This document shows, piece after piece, positions 19,564 through 28,437 of a stretch of DNA of 32,000 nt. The position numbers and the translations under genes were made by a program. Under the pieces are notes generated by a model. It was not told the origin of the DNA. It saw nothing but the letters and a program-made list of their open reading frames with translations, and searched no databases. The first letter of the stretch is position 1. The number at the start of each line of letters is the position of its first letter. The DNA is from Methanosphaera stadtmanae DSM 3091. Its GTDB lineage: Archaea; Methanobacteriota; Methanobacteria; Methanobacteriales; Methanobacteriaceae. The stretch is taken from NCBI RefSeq assembly GCF_000012545.1, contig NC_007681.1, positions 270,001 to 302,000 of the forward strand, written 5' to 3'.

Positions 19564-20184
19564 ATGGTTATTTTTAAAAAATATATATCTAAGGATTATG
19601 CTCTTAATTATTGTAGATTAATTAAGCCATACTTCATATTATCTTTAATAATTTTTATAGTATCTATACTATCAGGTTACTTCTTTGCAGATTCATTAAA
19701 TTCTATTTTTGTGGATGTTATTAAGAAGATGGTAGAATCCACAGCAGTTGAGGGAATTACTTTTAAGGGTATTTTTTTCAATAATGTGGAAGTTAATATT
19801 ATCATGATGTTATGGGGATTTCTATTTTCAATCGTGTCAACGGGAATAATGATTTTTAATAGTTTACTAATTGGATATTTAGCATCCGTAATACCTTTGC
19901 ATGTTTTTTTAGCATATGTTCTTCCTCATGGTATTTTAGAACTTCCAGCATTGATTTTATCTCTTGCAACATCATTCATGGTAACTCACATTGTTATTAG
20001 ATGTATTAGGGGTATTTTAGCAAAAAACCATACATTTAAGGCAGAATTAATAACATCAAAAAATTTAATAGTGGCAGTTGGCGTATCTGTAATTTTGTGT
20101 GTTGTGTTACTGTTTTTTGCAGGAATTATAGAAACATATGTTACTAGTGCTTTAGCAGACTTTATTTTATCTTTATTTTCATAG
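19564..20184 (+). CDS. SpoIIM-like (DUF95) integral membrane protein
   Basis: About 5 predicted TM helices. The motif LPHGILELPALILS resembles the conserved PHG..E.P motif of the stage II sporulation protein M family. Confidence 0.55.
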   Translation: MVIFKKYISKDYALNYCRLIKPYFILSLIIFIVSILSGYFFADSLNSIFVDVIKKMVESTAVEGITFKGIFFNNVEVNIIMMLWGFLFSIVSTGIMIFNSLLIGYLASVIPLHVFLAYVLPHGILELPALILSLATSFMVTHIVIRCIRGILAKNHTFKAELITSKNLIVAVGVSVILCVVLLFFAGIIETYVTSALADFILSLFS

Positions 20185-20288
20185 GGATTCATGTTTTAAA
20201 AACAGATCTTCATTATTTTTTTTTAAAGAATTTTTTATTTTTTATTTTTTTTTTCATGGATTTTTTGCTTTTTTTCTTTTCAATTTTC

Positions 20289-21818
20289 GTGGCTTTCCAG
20301 TTGCTGGGTCTTGAAAAAGTTTTGATCAAAAAAAAATTTGAAAATTTATTTGAAGACGTAAAAATTTATTTCTTATCTTAATTTTTATTAAAATAAGAAA
20401 ATAACGTTACACTTGAAATACACGACTCATCAAAATTCAACAAAAACTTTAATATAAAAAATAAGAATAATAAACTATTTATTATAGAAAAGGAATAGAT
20501 ATTAATATGAAAACCCAAATATCTAATTCCTTAAAGGATAATATGTCCTCAATAAAACTTAAACTTAACGATTTTGGTCTCAAAGATCCAATTAAAAAAA
20601 ATACTGAAGAACTCTTTAAAACTAAAAATACAAGACCTATCAACCAAGAATATGTTTATTTAAATGATAATCACTTTGAATATGATAACCCCACCTGTTC
20701 ACATTGTCACAAAAAACACGAAAAACATAAAGTTATTAAAAAAGGATTCCGAACAAGAAAAGTCAGAACAATAAATAAAACCAAAATAACAATATTTTTA
20801 AGACGTTATCAATGTAAAACATGTGGAAAAAAATTCCAAACAGAACTATCATGGCTATATGATAAAAATAAAAGATACACTAAACAATTTTTTGAATTGA
20901 TAGATAAAATAATGGAATTTAGAAATATACCATTATCTCTACTACAACATATAATAAACGTAGTTCTAAATACTAATATAAATCTTCAAACACTTGAATT
21001 TTGGATAAAAATAAAAAATAAATTCTCTAGAAACAAAGAATACTTAAAAATAGAACTAATTAAAGATAAAAACATGATAATCAATCATAACATCATTGGA
21101 TCAGGAATTTATAACTACGACGAACAATACATTAAAATCAACGGAAAAAAATACTATCGATTAACACTATACGACTACTCCAAAGACCAACCAATCGCAG
21201 AACAAATCATAAAGAAAGAATGGAATAAAAAATCACTCTCAAGCAAAACAATAGAAGAATTCATAAAAACAGCAACAAAAGAACGACCATTCAAAGCACT
21301 AATAACAGACGGAAAAAAACAATACAACGAAATAGCAAAAAAACTACGTGTACAACACCAAACATGCATATTCCACGCAATAAAATACATAAAGGACGAA
21401 ACAAAAAAATACTTAAGATCAAAAACACTATTAACATTAGATAAAATGACAATTGCAAACCAAACATCACAAATATGCCAAATATATAGAGAATTAAGTC
21501 TTTATGATACATACAAAACACTAAATGAACTAAAAGACATAGAAAACCAACTATTAAAACCAATCAAAAAAATACTAAACACCACAGTAGAAAACAACAT
21601 AAACAAAATAATAACACACCACTTATACTCTGAAATACCAAGAACAAACAACGCAGTAGAACAATACTACAGAAACTCTTTACCAAAATCAAAGAAAAAC
21701 AAAAAAAGAACCATTGACGGTGTACTAACAACAATAGCAACTGAAATGATGAAAAAATTTAAAAATACAAAAGAAAAATAAATATTCAAAAATCAAGACC
21801 CGACAACTGGAAAGCCAC
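20289..21818 (+). mobile_element. Intact insertion sequence, 1530 bp, 26-bp imperfect terminal inverted repeats, 8-bp target-site duplication (organisation like ISM1 of Methanobrevibacter)
   Basis: IR-L at 20289-20314 is gtggctttccagttgCTgggtcttga. The reverse complement of IR-R at 21793-21818 is gtggctttccagttgTCgggtcttga, a 24/26 match. The direct repeat caattttc flanks both ends (20281-20288 and 21819-21826). A single transposase ORF lies inside. Confidence 0.85.
20507..21781 (+). CDS. DDE-type transposase with N-terminal C2C2 zinc finger
   Basis: CSHCHKK...x34...CKTCGKKF is a zinc-finger-like pair. The candidate catalytic region is YNYDEQYIKINGKKYY ... ALITDGKKQY ... NNAVEQYYRN, a D-D-E pattern reminiscent of the 'DE.YIK..G / TDg..Y / NN.vE' signature of IS6-like transposases. 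The strong A-rich coding strand differs from neighbouring genes. Confidence 0.8.
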   Translation: MKTQISNSLKDNMSSIKLKLNDFGLKDPIKKNTEELFKTKNTRPINQEYVYLNDNHFEYDNPTCSHCHKKHEKHKVIKKGFRTRKVRTINKTKITIFLRRYQCKTCGKKFQTELSWLYDKNKRYTKQFFELIDKIMEFRNIPLSLLQHIINVVLNTNINLQTLEFWIKIKNKFSRNKEYLKIELIKDKNMIINHNIIGSGIYNYDEQYIKINGKKYYRLTLYDYSKDQPIAEQIIKKEWNKKSLSSKTIEEFIKTATKERPFKALITDGKKQYNEIAKKLRVQHQTCIFHAIKYIKDETKKYLRSKTLLTLDKMTIANQTSQICQIYRELSLYDTYKTLNELKDIENQLLKPIKKILNTTVENNINKIITHHLYSEIPRTNNAVEQYYRNSLPKSKKNKKRTIDGVLTTIATEMMKKFKNTKEK

Positions 21819-21832
21819 CAATTTTCAAAACA

Positions 21833-21840
21833 TTTATATA
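21833..21840 (+). promoter_or_regulatory. Candidate archaeal TATA box of the glnA promoter
   Basis: TTTATATA preceded by an A-rich BRE-like caaaaca. It lies ~30 bp upstream of the palindromic operator and ~150 bp upstream of the glnA ATG. A second A/T-rich TATA-like stretch near 21905-21925 cannot be excluded. Confidence 0.45.
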
Positions 21841-21869
21841 CTATAATTTTAATAATTAATCTATAGGTA

Positions 21870-21883
21870 GGAAGTACACTTCC
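21870..21883. promoter_or_regulatory. NrpR-type nitrogen operator, GGAA-N6-TTCC palindrome
   Basis: ggaaGTACACttcc is read directly from the sequence. It matches the operator consensus established for NrpR at nif/glnA promoters in methanogens. It lies between the candidate TATA box and glnA, and nrpR is the next gene downstream. Confidence 0.6.
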
Positions 21884-21989
21884 GACTATTATTATACTAT
21901 AAAAAAATAAATATAATATATATGAAATAACTTATTAACAAGTATCTTTCTTATTAAAACATTATAATATTGAATAGGTGAAAATTTTT

Positions 21990-23327
21990 ATGTCCGCACG
22001 AGATGACAAAATAGATGAAATTGTTAAAACAGTAGATGAACATGGTTCAAAATTTTTAAGGTTCCAATTTGTAGATATACATGGATTACCAAAAAATGTA
22101 GCAGTATCTTTAAATAAACCAGAAGATGTAGAAACAATTATTGAAGATGGATTATTATTTGATGGATCTTCAGTAGCAGGATTTGTAGGAATCAATGATA
22201 GTGACCTTGCATTAAAACCAGATATAAATACATTCTCAACTCTACCATGGAGACCAGATGAATATGGTGCATGTAGATTCATATGTGATGTATACCACAC
22301 AGATGGAACACCATTTGAAGGAGACCCTAGAGGAGTTCTTAAAAAATCATTAAAATTAGCAAAAGATAGAGGTTACCAATACAACATGGGTCCAGAACCA
22401 GAATTTTTCCTTGTTGACCATGATGAAAATGGAAAACTTATTCCAGCAGATAATGCAGAATACTTCGATGTAGAACCATTAGATCAAGGTATAGATGTAA
22501 GAAAAGAAATAGTATTAGGTCTTGAAAAACTAAACTTCAACATAGAAGTAAGCCACCACGAAGTAGCACCAGGACAACACGAAGTTGACTTTAGATTTGA
22601 TGATGCACTAAAAACAGCAGATGCTGTAGTAACATTCAAACAAGCAATTAAAGCATTAGTAGACAACCTAGGATACCAAGTAACATTCATGCCAAAACCA
22701 TTCTTTGGAATTAATGGTAGTGGAATGCACTGTAACCAAAGTCTATTTAAAGATGGTAAAAACATATTCTACGACCCAGATACAGAAACACAACTATCCC
22801 AAGAAGCATTATACTTCATAGGAGGATTATTAAAACACGCAAAAGCATTATCTGCAATACTTTCCCCAACAATTAACTCATACAAACGTTTAGTACCAGG
22901 ATATGAAGCACCATGTTACATAGCATACGGACTTAAAAATAGATCAACTCTCCTAAGAATTCCAGCTTCTAGGGGATTAGGTACAAGAATTGAATGTAGA
23001 TCTGCAGACCCATCATGTAACCCATACCTTGCATTTGCAGTGTTACTTGAAGCAGGTCTCGATGGATTAGACAATAAAATTGACCCAGGAGAACCAACAG
23101 AATTCAATGCATTTGCTCTTACTCCTGATGAATTAGCAGCAAAAGGTATTGATACATTACCTACAAGTCTATGGGAAGCATATCATTCCTTAGAAAAAGA
23201 CGATGTAGTTAAAAATGCTCTTGGAGATTATGTATACGATCAATTCTATAACATTAAACGTGCAGAATGGGATGACTACAGAATACAAGTATTTGATTAT
23301 GAACGTGATAAATTCCTTAACATCTAG
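21990..23327 (+). CDS. glnA: Glutamine synthetase, type I
   Basis: [71 protein letters not shown] and [17 protein letters not shown] prefer the ATG at 21990 because the GTG at 21978 sits inside the AGGTGA RBS. Confidence 0.9.
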   Translation: MSARDDKIDEIVKTVDEHGSKFLRFQFVDIHGLPKNVAVSLNKPEDVETIIEDGLLFDGSSVAGFVGINDSDLALKPDINTFSTLPWRPDEYGACRFICDVYHTDGTPFEGDPRGVLKKSLKLAKDRGYQYNMGPEPEFFLVDHDENGKLIPADNAEYFDVEPLDQGIDVRKEIVLGLEKLNFNIEVSHHEVAPGQHEVDFRFDDALKTADAVVTFKQAIKALVDNLGYQVTFMPKPFFGINGSGMHCNQSLFKDGKNIFYDPDTETQLSQEALYFIGGLLKHAKALSAILSPTINSYKRLVPGYEAPCYIAYGLKNRSTLLRIPASRGLGTRIECRSADPSCNPYLAFAVLLEAGLDGLDNKIDPGEPTEFNAFALTPDELAAKGIDTLPTSLWEAYHSLEKDDVVKNALGDYVYDQFYNIKRAEWDDYRIQVFDYERDKFLNI

Positions 23328-23509
23328 ATATTATGTTATTATCTAATACTTTTCTCTCACCCTCTTTTTTTAAATATATTACATTGTACCATGTTTTTAA
23401 TAATTATCAACAATAAATAATTATAATAACTACTAATCAAAAAAAATTTATATAATTTTAGTATTAAATAAGGAGACATGATAGTATTTCTATTAAACAA
23501 GAAACTGAT

Positions 23510-25171
23510 ATGAAAATGATGGAAATTCTAAGAATTTTATATAGTAAAAATGAAATTCTTGGTGCTAAAATAATCTCCCAAGAATTAGAAAAGAGAGGAT
23601 ACTCTCTTGGAGAACGTGCAGTAAGATATCATATGCATATTCTTGATGAAAAAGGATTCACTGAAAAAGTTGGTTATAAAGGTCGTCAAATCACAAAAAA
23701 AGGAATAGATGAACTAAAAAAAGGTTTAATTTTTGATCAAGTTGATTTTACATTTTCAAGATTTCAAGAAAAAATGTACAATGTATCACTTGATTACAAA
23801 AAAGCAACAGGTTCAGTAATTGTAAATATATCTTCAATAAATGACCTTGATTCCTCAAAAATAATAACAGATGTTTTCAAAGAGGGATTATCAGTAAGTA
23901 AACATTATAATATAGTTGAAAAAGATGATAAAACATATATTGAAACAGTCTGTGGAACAACTATTGACGGGGTATTTCAACAACAGGGCATAATTACAAA
24001 ACCATTGTATGGTGGACTACTTAAAGTAGAAGATTATGTTCCAATTAATTTCACAGAACAAATTGCATATGAAAATACATCAATAACACCTCTTGAAGCA
24101 TTCACAGGCCATGATAATACATCAGTAATTGATGTTATAAATAATGGAACAGGAGTAATACCAGCAAACTTTAGAATCATACCAGAAGTAAAAAAACAAC
24201 ATGCATTAGCTATTCTAGATAATCTTAAAACTATTGGAATAGGTGGAGTGATACATATTGGTAATCCCGGAGAAGCAGTCTTAGGAATTCCAGTTCCAGA
24301 GGGAATGGTTGGAATAGCAGTTGTTGGAGGTGTAACACCACTATGTGCAGCACGGGAAGAAGGATATGATCTTAGTATAAAACTAGCTGATGGATATGCT
24401 GAATATAGTAATATGATAAATTCATCCATTGCAAAAAATTTTCCCCTAAAACCTGTAACTTATAATAACACAACACCAGTATCTTTTGTATTAAATAAAA
24501 TATACAACTTATTATCCACTGTTAACTTTGATATTGAATCAGGAGAGGGGGATGTTATAGTAAATGTATCATTTGTTGATAGAAATAATTTAGATACTTC
24601 TCTTGAAATATTAAGTAAAATGTACAAGTCAAAACCAGAATTCTGTATTGGAAATAGATATTCTCTGGTTGATGGTCCAGATAATAAGGTAGGTATTGCA
24701 ACTATATGTAGCCTTACAATTGATGGTATATTAACAAAACATGGAATAAGTTCCTTTCCAAAATACAGTGGAATACTTGATATATATGGTAACAGTCGAC
24801 GTTTTATTGAATTAATATCATATAAAGGTTCTTCTGTTGATCCACATGAAATATTTATTAATAAGAACATGTGTGAATTAAATGTATCTGGTGATTCTTG
24901 TAAAATCTTGGCAAGTGTTCATTCAGTACCATACATTGCAAGGGATAAAACAGTAGATATATTAGATAAACTTGGTGAATATGGATTTGAAGTATTAAAT
25001 ATTGGAAAACCAAATGAATACACATATAATGCTAAAATTGAAAAATATCATTTTGGATATGTGCTAGCTGGGGGATTAAATCCAATAGCTGCAATTAAAA
25101 AGGAAGGTATACCAACAGATGTAAAATCTATTGAAACAATGAAGAATTTTAATTCATTTGAAGAGTTCTAA
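23510..25171 (+). CDS. nrpR: Nitrogen regulatory repressor NrpR (wHTH + two NrpR/DUF128 domains)
   Basis: The N-terminal winged helix is ILRILYSKNEILGAKIISQELEKRGYSLGERAVRYHMHILDEKGFTEKVGYKGRQITKKGIDEL. It is followed by two paralogous ~230-aa halves (…TTIDGVFQQQGIITKPLYGG… and …LTIDGILTKHGISSFPKYSG…). The 553-aa length fits the two-domain form. Confidence 0.85.
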   Translation: MKMMEILRILYSKNEILGAKIISQELEKRGYSLGERAVRYHMHILDEKGFTEKVGYKGRQITKKGIDELKKGLIFDQVDFTFSRFQEKMYNVSLDYKKATGSVIVNISSINDLDSSKIITDVFKEGLSVSKHYNIVEKDDKTYIETVCGTTIDGVFQQQGIITKPLYGGLLKVEDYVPINFTEQIAYENTSITPLEAFTGHDNTSVIDVINNGTGVIPANFRIIPEVKKQHALAILDNLKTIGIGGVIHIGNPGEAVLGIPVPEGMVGIAVVGGVTPLCAAREEGYDLSIKLADGYAEYSNMINSSIAKNFPLKPVTYNNTTPVSFVLNKIYNLLSTVNFDIESGEGDVIVNVSFVDRNNLDTSLEILSKMYKSKPEFCIGNRYSLVDGPDNKVGIATICSLTIDGILTKHGISSFPKYSGILDIYGNSRRFIELISYKGSSVDPHEIFINKNMCELNVSGDSCKILASVHSVPYIARDKTVDILDKLGEYGFEVLNIGKPNEYTYNAKIEKYHFGYVLAGGLNPIAAIKKEGIPTDVKSIETMKNFNSFEEF

Positions 25172-25525
25172 TCATATTCAACACTTCTTATTTTTTTTAT
25201 TTATGAATGTATAAGTTAATAAGATATTTCATTCATTTCTAAAATGGGAATATTTTAATTCATATAAACTATATTTGTAAGAAATTATTATCAATTGTCA
25301 TGTTCTAATCTTTAAATAATAATACAATTTATGTTCGCCTAAAAAACAATTTATTTAAATATACATAAAAATAGAACATAAAACATAATTAAATATATTT
25401 TTTTTTATTGAAATATAATAAATAATTCTCTTTAATATAATCTTGATTTAAATAAAAAAGAGATAGGATATTCATATTATTATTGGAAAATATTAAATAT
25501 CTGCTAAAATAAAGAAGTGATTAAA

Positions 25526-25717
25526 ATGGTAGTAACAATGGATACAACTATATGTGGGGGAGTTGATGCATGTCCTGAGGGAGGATTATGTATTGACATC
25601 TGTGCATTAAATGCAATAGATAATGTTAATGGACAACCTATAATAAATCATGAAATATGTCCTGAATGTGGACTATGTGTATTAAATTGTCCAAAACAAG
25701 CTATTTCTAAAACATAA
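25526..25717 (+). CDS. Small 8-Cys ferredoxin-like protein (paralog 1)
   Basis: MVVTMDTTICGGVDACPEGGLCIDICAL...ICPECGLCVLNCP. The Cys pattern is C-x5-CP-x4-C-x3-C followed by a canonical CxxCxxCxxxCP. I prefer the ATG at 25526 (RBS GAAGTGA) over the GTG at 25517. Confidence 0.7.
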   Translation: MVVTMDTTICGGVDACPEGGLCIDICALNAIDNVNGQPIINHEICPECGLCVLNCPKQAISKT

Positions 25718-25733
25718 AAGGAGGGTAATGGCA

Positions 25734-25919
25734 ATGGTTGTGACAGTTTATCAAGACAGATGTGATGGAGTAGAAGCATGTCCAAGAAATGGTGTGTGTA
25801 TGGAAGTATGTGCACTTGATGCTATTGAACATAAGGGTGATTCCATAATAATTACAGAGGATTGTACAAACTGTGGACTTTGTGTTATGAACTGTCCGAG
25901 GGGTGCATTGTCAAAGTAG
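25734..25919 (+). CDS. Small 8-Cys ferredoxin-like protein (paralog 2)
   Basis: MVVTVYQDRCDGVEACPRNGVCMEVCAL...CTNCGLCVMNCP has the same Cys spacing as paralog 1. The start could be 25728 or 25734. I prefer 25734 for its spacing from GGAGGG and the shared MVVT N-terminus. Confidence 0.7.
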   Translation: MVVTVYQDRCDGVEACPRNGVCMEVCALDAIEHKGDSIIITEDCTNCGLCVMNCPRGALSK

Positions 25920-25969
25920 GAAAATAAACTTCAATTATTTATACTTTCTTTTTTTTAAAATATAATTTC

Positions 25970-26179
25970 ATTTAGCCCCTTGATTTAAGTTTATATTAAT
26001 TATGAACTATACTCTTTCTATTTCTTAATATTTTTCTTAAAATTAGTTTTTTATAATAAGCTTTTAAATCCATTAATATGTCCTCTTGACTATTTTAAAA
26101 ATAAGAAAGAAATAAAAATGATAAACTCAACAAAAAAGATAAAGACAGCATTACAACAGTTAAGTTAACAATGTTCTAT
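25970..26179. repeat. Left arm of a long imperfect inverted repeat (IR-L, ~210 bp)
   Basis: By hand alignment, atttagccccttGatttaagtttatattaat... is the reverse complement of 28346-28132. The outer ~140 bp have about 11 substitutions. The inner ~70 bp are more diverged, with indels. Confidence 0.9.
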
Positions 26180-26475
26180 TAAATGAGCTATAGGTGCATT
26201 AAATCTAATATGTATTAAATCTAAATATAATTTCAATTCATTGTCAATATAATTTTTTGGTTAATATTTATAATGTATAGATAACATATTTATATTTATG
26301 TTTCTTTTATTTAATTTAAATAAAATCATATCAATTAATTACTAATTAAAATATTTTTAAAAATTAAATTTTTATTAATTTTTATTTTAAAATATTTCAG
26401 TTCATATAATTTTTTTTGGATTTTTATATTTTTGAAACATTTTTTTAAAATTAGATAGGATGTTTAGTAGATAAT

Positions 26476-27168
26476 ATGAATAATAATTTTATATTTTCAT
26501 GTTTTTTTGTCATGTTATTATTATTATTATGCTTTTGTTTTTCACCAATTTATGCATATAGTGAAAATGATTCTTCTAGTATAGATTATACTGATTATAA
26601 TCAGATTAGTGAAGTAAATAATGAATATGGATTCTAATCATATAAATGATTATTCACCAAATTATCATAATTTAAATAAAAGATTTACATCTTTAGAATT
26701 AGATAAGTGTGTTAATTACTCTAAATTAGATGATAATAAGCATTCTGAAAATATGATTCAATAGTAGCTATACCTTCATCAGATTTATTTACAAAATCTT
26801 TTACAAACATACCTTTTTTAAGTGGTAGAATGATTGAAAAATGTAGTGAAGAATCCTATAAATATACAATGAAAGTATTTAAGGTAATATTTGATTATGA
26901 TACTGTAGAAGAAATATTTAAAGAAGTACCTAAAAAGATAATAAAAACATTATTTACAGTAGAAATATCTAAGTTAATACTTGTAAATCAATTAGTTAAA
27001 AATTACTTTGATGATTTAATAAAAATGGAAGCAATACATATGATGAATTACACTTTATTTCTATTACGGAAAACATATGGTATGAATTTAACATATTTAG
27101 ACTTGACATATGTAGCTAATACAAAAACAAATCAGACAAGGATAAGTGAATATTATGCAACAGTATAA
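26476..27168 (+). pseudogene. Possible disrupted gene for a secreted protein (three overlapping ORF fragments)
   Basis: Fragment A (26476-26637) is MNNNFIFSCFFVMLLLLLCFCFSPIYAYSEND..., which is signal-peptide-like. Fragment B is open at 26618-26764 in the +1 frame. Fragment C is open at 26749-27168, back in fragment A's frame, and contains the 112-aa track ORF. The end-to-end overlaps are what two compensating frameshifts would produce. In such AT-rich DNA this is suggestive, not proof. Confidence 0.3.
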
Positions 27169-27191
27169 AAAAAATATAATGAGGTGAAAAA

Positions 27192-27980
27192 ATGTGGTGG
27201 TATTATTATTGGTTTGTATTTATGACTATAATTTTAATAATATTTCAAATTTCGGATTGGAATGGTAAATTATATTCTATTTTAGGGGTGCAGAAAAATG
27301 TATATTATAATGGAGAATATAGTTCTTTAAGGACTGGAAAATCACAAGGAGTTCTTCTTATTATTTTTGGTTTTATAGTCTTGGGTTATACTGTACCTCT
27401 TCTTAGAGATACAATGGAATTTGCAAAAATGTTCACTATGAGTGTATGGCCAATGACATTTATAATATTTTATGTGGGATGTATTGAATTATTACGTCCT
27501 CATACCTTTGGAGAAGAATCACGATGTGATGTTCCATGTGATGATTATGCAAAAGATGCTCTACTAGAGAAAAGCATGCCTTTATCTTATACAGAACTAC
27601 TTTTAAAAGCAGAAGCATCACTTCTTATGGGAAGTCCAGTGCATTTTGGTCTGACAATAATAAATCCATTTAACTTTCCAACAATAGTATTAATTATACT
27701 CTGGGCAATATATATAGCAGTATTATTAGCATTTACATTTATGGATAAAATTAATGAATATTTATCAAAACATGAAGAAAAAATACTTAATTTTTTATGT
27801 CCTAATGGAGAATATGATAAATTTGATATTAGATATCCACCAGGATATTATTCGTATCTGCTATGTGCATATATACTTCCACTAGTACCAATGTTAATAA
27901 CACTAGGCACAATGTTAATATGGACTGATTATTTTTATACAGGAGTTGTGTATAGGTTAATTCTTCCTTTGATATTATAA
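27192..27980 (+). CDS. Hypothetical polytopic membrane protein (262 aa, ~6 TM)
   Basis: A GAGGTGA RBS sits 5 nt before the ATG. There are several long hydrophobic segments (MWWYYYWFVFMTIILIIF, GVLLIIFGFIVLGYTV, TIVLIILWAIYIAVLLAFTF, LLCAYILPLVPMLITLGTMLIW). I recognise no family. Confidence 0.6.
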   Translation: MWWYYYWFVFMTIILIIFQISDWNGKLYSILGVQKNVYYNGEYSSLRTGKSQGVLLIIFGFIVLGYTVPLLRDTMEFAKMFTMSVWPMTFIIFYVGCIELLRPHTFGEESRCDVPCDDYAKDALLEKSMPLSYTELLLKAEASLLMGSPVHFGLTIINPFNFPTIVLIILWAIYIAVLLAFTFMDKINEYLSKHEEKILNFLCPNGEYDKFDIRYPPGYYSYLLCAYILPLVPMLITLGTMLIWTDYFYTGVVYRLILPLIL

Positions 27981-28131
27981 AGAAGGAAAAAACATTCTCC
28001 TTTTTTTATTTTTTTGTTTTAATTCTTTTATTTTTAAGTTTATTTTTTGATTGATTTTATTAAATGAGATAAATAGGATATTTTCAAATCTTTCTTGGTT
28101 TTTGTAATTATATAAGGGTATTAGTTCTTTG

Positions 28132-28346
28132 ATAGAGTATTGTTGATTTAACTGTTGTAGTGTCATATTGTCTTTTTTGTTGGGGTTATTGCTAGTTTTA
28201 TTTTTTCTTTCTTATTTTTAAAATAGTCAAGAAGATATGTTATTGGATTTAAAAACTTATTATAAAAAACTAATTTTAACAAAAATATTAAGAAATAAAA
28301 AGAGTATAGTTCTGGATTAATATAAACTTAAATTAAGGGGCTAAAT
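28132..28346. repeat. Right arm of the long imperfect inverted repeat (IR-R, ~215 bp)
   Basis: It is the reverse complement of 25970-26179 (see IR-L). It ends 92 bp from the purP stop codon. Confidence 0.9.
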
Positions 28347-28437
28347 TTCATTTTCAACTTACTAAAATTTAATATCCCATTACTCAAAAATAGCTTTTTT
28401 TTACTTCTAAAAAGGGAGGGGAGTGTAAATTGATAAA

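Noticed and set aside
21978-21989. GTG start for glnA given by the ORF track (MKIFMSARD...)
   Set aside because: The GTG lies within the AGGTGA Shine-Dalgarno-like sequence that is correctly spaced for the ATG at 21990. GlnA homologues do not need the extra four residues.
21962-22300. Various 60-146-aa ORFs antisense to glnA, nrpR, thiC, copA, purP, fwdD/B and the transposase
   Set aside because: All lie entirely within, and antisense to, strongly supported conserved genes. They have odd composition and no RBS, so they are treated as shadow ORFs.
24284-24297. Second GGAA-N6-TTCC match (ggaaTTCCAGttcc) inside the nrpR coding sequence
   Set aside because: It lies ~775 bp into the CDS, encoding LGIPVPEG, with no promoter context. 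It is most simply a chance or codon-driven match. An autoregulatory role is not supportable from sequence alone.
27975-28166. 63-aa minus-strand ORF overlapping the inner end of IR-R
   Set aside because: It has no RBS and a low-complexity K/N-rich product. It overlaps the stop of the 262-aa gene. The equivalent position in IR-L lacks the ATG, so it is not conserved between the arms.
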